From NCBI RefSeq assembly GCF_003991155.1, contig NZ_CP031293.1: DNA of 64,000 nucleotides, one strand, 5' to 3'. Origin of the DNA: Escherichia coli (GTDB taxonomy: Bacteria; Pseudomonadota; Gammaproteobacteria; Enterobacterales; Enterobacteriaceae). The notes under the pieces were generated by a model. It was not told the origin of the DNA, did no database searches, and saw only the letters and a program-made list of their open reading frames with translations. The translations under genes were made by a program, and so were the position numbers. Position 1 is the stretch's first letter, and each line of letters opens with the position of its first letter. Of this stretch, positions 62,206-64,000 are shown in pieces.

Positions 62206-63765
62206 ATGAAAGTTAAATATAAAGTTTTCAGTAATCTTTATCAGGACTCAGTTTCTCTGATGCAGATTTCCGCGCAAATCAGCAAGTTGCCCGGTATTCA
62301 ACAGGCCTCGGTCGTCATGGGAACACCCAATAATCTCGAGCAATTGAGCGATGCGGGTCTGGGTAACGAAATCAACGCCAGTCCCAATGATTTAGTGATT
62401 GCAGTCATGGGTGAAGAAGATATTTGCAATGAAGCACTGGTACTGGCCCAGCAACGTCTGACCAGCAAACCCGATGATGAAACGGATAGTGGCATTAAAA
62501 CACCGGAAAAGGTCAGCCTGGAAATGGCACTGGAAGCCGAGCCCGAAGCCAACCTGGCACTCATTTCTGTACCGGGAGACTACGCCGCCGCCGAAGCAAT
62601 TAAAGCGTTAAACCTCGGAATGAACGTGATGATGTTCAGCGATAACGTCAGTATCGTGCAGGAAAAATCCATCAAAACGCTTGCCCGAGAACGTCAGCGC
62701 ATCGTAATGGGACCTGACTGTGGAACCGCCATTGTTAACGGCATTCCGTTAGGCTTCGCTAATGTGGTGAAACGCGGAGCAATTGGTGTTATTGGCGCGT
62801 CAGGCACCGGGCTACAGGAAGTGACTTGCCGAATCGACCAGCTCGGAGCGGGTATTTCTCAGGCGTTGGGAACAGGCGGACATGATCTCAGTGAAGAGAT
62901 TGGTGGAATATCGATGCTCTTCGCTTTAGATGCGCTGGCGCAAGACGATGAAACTCGCGTGATTGTGCTTATTTCAAAACCGCCTTCACCGATCGTTGCC
63001 CGGACTATTCTGGAGCGTGCCGAGGCTTGTGGAAAACCCGTGGTGGTGAATTTCCTCGGTGCGAATCCGCATGATCTGGCACGTCCCAATATCACCGCGG
63101 CCACCACACTTGCCAGCGCCGCAAATATCGCCGTGGCGTTACTGAATGATCAACCACTTCCGACTATCGAGACCGAAATTTCCTGCGACGATCTCACAAT
63201 GTTACAAAACGCCTGCCAGCGCCTGCCAGCCCATCGCCAGGCGATACGCGGTGTTTTCGCCGGAGGAACCTTCTGCTACGAAGCGCAACTTATCTGCCAA
63301 CAAAAGGGATTCAGCGCAGCCTCCAATACGCCAGTTGCGGGTAATCGTGCTCTGGCAAATATCTGGCAAAGCGAAGATCACACGTTGATCGATATGGGCG
63401 ACGATGATTTCACCCGTGGCAAACCGCATCCAATGATCGACCCGACTCTGCGCAATCAACGTCTGCTCAACGAACTCAACGACTCACACACTGCCGTCGT
63501 GTTATTCGACCTGGTACTTGGTTATGGCGCTTCCACGACGCCTGCCAGCGAATTACTGGACCAACTTTCACACATCGACATGAATAACGCACCGTTGCTG
63601 ATTGCGCACGTTTGCGGAACGGAAGCTGATCCGCAAATACGCAGTCAGCAGATAAGCGCACTACAAAATGCAGGGGTCATCATCGCCAGCAGCAATGCAC
63701 AGGCGGCGTTATGGGCCAGCACCGTTGCACAGACTCAGTTGCAGAAAAAGGGGCTAAACGCATGA
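62206..63765 (+). CDS. FdrA-family protein (CoA-binding, succinyl-CoA synthetase alpha-like fold)
   Basis: 519-aa ORF; motifs recalled from FdrA: QDSVSLM, VMGTPNN, NVMMFSDNV, MGPDCGT, IGVIGASGTG, PHPMIDPTLRNQ. Confidence 0.75.
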   Translation: MKVKYKVFSNLYQDSVSLMQISAQISKLPGIQQASVVMGTPNNLEQLSDAGLGNEINASPNDLVIAVMGEEDICNEALVLAQQRLTSKPDDETDSGIKTPEKVSLEMALEAEPEANLALISVPGDYAAAEAIKALNLGMNVMMFSDNVSIVQEKSIKTLARERQRIVMGPDCGTAIVNGIPLGFANVVKRGAIGVIGASGTGLQEVTCRIDQLGAGISQALGTGGHDLSEEIGGISMLFALDALAQDDETRVIVLISKPPSPIVARTILERAEACGKPVVVNFLGANPHDLARPNITAATTLASAANIAVALLNDQPLPTIETEISCDDLTMLQNACQRLPAHRQAIRGVFAGGTFCYEAQLICQQKGFSAASNTPVAGNRALANIWQSEDHTLIDMGDDDFTRGKPHPMIDPTLRNQRLLNELNDSHTAVVLFDLVLGYGASTTPASELLDQLSHIDMNNAPLLIAHVCGTEADPQIRSQQISALQNAGVIIASSNAQAALWASTVAQTQLQKKGLNA

Positions 63766-64000
63766 ATACCTTATTTAATCAGCCTTTGAAGGTTGTGAAC
63801 GCGGGACTACACAGTTTTGCTGACAATATTCAACATGCCGGGGGAAGCGCAATTGCACTCAACTGGCAGCCACCAGCACAAGGCGATATTGACGCTGGAT
63901 TGGATCTGGCATCGTTGCTACGTCATCCCCTGGTAGAAAATGCCAACCAAATCGCCATGACACGTTATCTCGAAGCACAGCCCGTGCTGGTGGATGTCAT
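63762..64000 (+). CDS. Downstream ORF translationally coupled to the FdrA-like gene (DUF1116 YlbE/YahG-like by position), 3' end beyond window
   Basis: ATG overlaps the FdrA-like stop (ATGA); frame open to the window end (MNTLFNQPLKVVNAGLHSF...); family inferred from gene order only. Confidence 0.45.
   Translation, partial: MNTLFNQPLKVVNAGLHSFADNIQHAGGSAIALNWQPPAQGDIDAGLDLASLLRHPLVENANQIAMTRYLEAQPVLVDV

Overview
This window is an Escherichia coli-type chromosomal segment, in reverse orientation to the K-12 map, running from the sulfoquinovose locus (yihQ-yihP-yihO-ompL) through yihNML, typA, glnALG, hemN, yihI, engB, polA, yihGF, dsbA, srkA, yihD, mobAB, a complete rrnA-type rRNA operon (16S, tRNA-Ile, tRNA-Ala, 23S, 5S) on the minus strand, hemG, trkH, yigZ, pepQ, fadBA, fre, ubiD, rfaH, tatDCBA, ubiB, ubiJ, ubiE, rmuC, udp and ysgA. 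Two sRNA genes are recognisable by sequence, CsrC (yihI-engB spacer) and Spot 42 (engB-polA spacer), along with the small ORF yshB. Three things stand out against this backbone. First, an intact 1426-bp IS4-type insertion sequence with a 12-bp target duplication sits exactly in the hairpin of the typA terminator. Second, a six-gene operon (IclR-family regulator, DgoK-like kinase, DgoA-like aldolase, TctC/TctB/TctA transporter) lies between rmuC and udp, which to my recollection are adjacent in K-12. Third, a cluster downstream of ysgA (isochorismatase-family hydrolase, conserved hypothetical, FdrA-like protein, start of a further gene) resembles the K-12 yahEFG and fdrA-ylbEF modules and runs off the window end. 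The two accessory operons are the best candidates for an undescribed catabolic system. All family assignments are from reading the translated ORFs, not from database searches. Coordinates I derived by hand (RNA ends, sites, corrected starts) may be off by 1-2 nt; one start (engB) disagreed by 1 nt between my line count and the ORF track.
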